This document shows, one piece after another, positions 62,290-64,000 of a stretch of DNA of 64,000 nt (its first letter is position 1; every line of letters starts with the position of its first letter). The position numbers were made by a program, and so were the translations under genes. The stretch is taken from positions 211,236,001 to 211,300,000 of the forward strand of contig NC_058368.1 in the NCBI RefSeq assembly GCF_018350175.1. The letters run 5' to 3'. Source of the stretch: Felis catus (lineage: Eukaryota). The notes beneath the pieces were generated by a model that searched no databases, was not told where the DNA came from, and saw only the letters and a list, made by a program, of their open reading frames with translations.

Positions 62290-62961
62290 TTTAGAATCAA
62301 ATTAGAGGTGTGGGTAAAAATTCTGAAGTTTCAGTCACGTATGGATGCCGTAGATCTGGGACCCTTAGTATTCCAGAGAAGGCTTCCTCTCCTTTGCTAC
62401 CATGGATGGAATTGATCCGGCTCCAGTGCATTCCTCTTTAGACTGGATTCTAATTCTTCTGTAACCATATTTATTATCTCGAAAGATTGAGACGCTTTGT
62501 AGCTTTAAAATTGTATATCAGATTAAGTGGCAATAAAAGGTAAATAGAGTTATTATCAAATAGATTAAATCCACTCCCCAATTACATCTGAATTAAATCT
62601 ACCCCGTTGAGAAGATGGTATCCTTAGATGAAACAGCTGTGTATATCAGACTCAATGACACTTTGGGGCATTTTTCCCCCAGATGGACATGACTGAAGTG
62701 GTTCATTTATGCCTTTACAACTATCCTCGTCTCTCTGCTCAAACCAAAGTACAGGTTATTCTGAAACAAAGTTCACCCTTCAGAAATTTATACCCTCATA
62801 TCCTGTTTACTGTATTGTAAAGATTCTGGTCAATTTACTCATCGGATATTCTTTTTTTCTGTGCTCTTCCCACTCTTCTGAATGTCATTCTCACGTCTTC
62901 AAATGCTATGTTTTGCTTGTTTGTTTGTTTGTTTGTTTGTGGTTTTTATTGTTCTTCGCAG

Positions 62962-63062
62962 ACTGCTGTCAAGCAAAAGACCAGTATATTGAACAGTTCA
63001 AAGATACTCTGAACACTTCTGTGGCCAAATCAATTGCTGGATTTTTTGCAGAGCCAATTCAA
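62962..63062 (+). CDS. AGXT2: AGXT2 exon 8 (101 bp): (D)[33 protein letters not shown]
   Basis: ttcgcag| acceptor preceded by (TTTG)n, |gtgggt donor; AEPIQ motif. Confidence 0.97.
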
Positions 63063-63555
63063 GTGGGTATATTGACCTTAGATGCTAATTGGGCTTAAAT
63101 TATCAGAGAATTTTAATTCATACATTCATACATTCTAGAGAATTCCAAAGTATTTAAGTGACCATTGCCATGTCTCTCTCCAAATTCAATTCATTCTCTC
63201 AGTCCCCTTGAAAGAGAAGGGCCCTGATTTTCAACTGACCTTCAAAAACTGTCTCCTGCATTGCCCGGCTGAAAAGATAGATGAAACTATTGAATTCCTA
63301 AAATTCTAAACAAAGGGAAACCCACCAATGTTTAGTTGCTTTAATACCCACACTGCCCTGGGGTGATTTTCTTCAGTGTTACCAAATCCCCTTAATCTAC
63401 TTTGTTTCTAATCTCAGAAGAGAATAAACATTTGCATCCTTTTCCCAAAAGGCTTGGCATAAGAGTAATGGCCCCTCTCTTCACACATTGTTGGAACAGT
63501 TCTAAAGACCATTTTAAAAATTGCTAGTATTACTAATGCTAATGATGATAATGAC

Positions 63556-63586
<31 letters not shown>

Positions 63587-63587
63587 T
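63556..63587. repeat. (TTTC)n microsatellite
   Basis: About 8 TTTC units. Confidence 0.9.
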
Positions 63588-63645
63588 AACTCTTTTCAAA
63601 GGGCTATGCTGTTGTTATAGGACTCCTTGGTTTGGTCTTTTGCAG

Positions 63646-63738
63646 GGGGTGAATGGAGTTGTTCAGTACCCAAAGGGGTTTCTAAAGGAAGCCTTCAAGT
63701 TGGTGCGAGAGCGGGAAGGCGTGTGCATTGCGGATGAG
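63646..63738 (+). CDS. AGXT2: AGXT2 exon 9 (93 bp): [31 protein letters not shown]; the gene continues beyond the window
   Basis: ttttgcag| acceptor, GAG|gtgagt donor; IADE(VQTG) PLP-binding Asp motif. Confidence 0.97.
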
Positions 63739-64000
63739 GTGAGTGGCTGTGGAATAAGTGTGGTGTAGGGCAGCCAGGACAGGAAAGGCATAGGGAGAAA
63801 ACCTTTTAAACCTTCCTCTGCAACCCAAGATAATGAAGCTTTTGCTAATTGACTGGTTGGTTAGTAGATTAACAAGTATAGAACTTTAACAAGCACAGAA
63901 CTCAAATATCCAAAATGAAGTCTATCAAATAAGTGGCTACCAGGCACAGCTGATGCTGTCATCACAGGTGACATGCTATCAGTCAACACACTTTTTAAAT

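Noticed and set aside
40733..63738. Calling AGXT2 a pseudogene because of the lost ATG
   Set aside because: All nine visible exons are in frame with GT-AG sites and intact catalytic motifs, and an in-frame ATG remains at 40802; later exons are outside the window

Overview
Mammalian genomic DNA from a carnivore, most likely a felid (abundant CAN-SINE/SINEC_Fc-type tRNA SINEs and carnivore L1s). Two protein-coding genes lie in tandem on the + strand, as in the human PRLR-AGXT2 locus. (1) The complete coding region of the prolactin receptor PRLR long form: 8 coding exons, 8068-23797, all GT-AG, intact 624-aa ORF, followed by a long AT-rich 3' UTR region. (2) The first nine exons of alanine-glyoxylate aminotransferase 2, AGXT2 (about 40733-63738; the gene continues past the window end). 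The rest is intronic or intergenic sequence with two L1 elements that retain their 5' ends, several truncated L1s, about 15 SINEs, old DNA-transposon and MIR relics, and microsatellites. The main oddity is the 5' end of AGXT2. The codon equivalent to the human initiator reads AGG, so the first AUG downstream of the HNF4-motif promoter is the Met24 equivalent, which would remove most of the mitochondrial presequence. An in-frame CUG in good Kozak context and an in-frame 3' splice-site-like sequence lie just upstream; the latter is phase-compatible with PRLR exon 9. Other observations: clustered AGXT2 substitutions (including the V140 equivalent), a full-length antisense L1 in AGXT2 intron 7, a templated-insertion scar, and a tandem TGACCT DR5/NBRE array after the PRLR stop. 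Comparisons with human, rodent and ruminant sequences are from memory and need checking by alignment.
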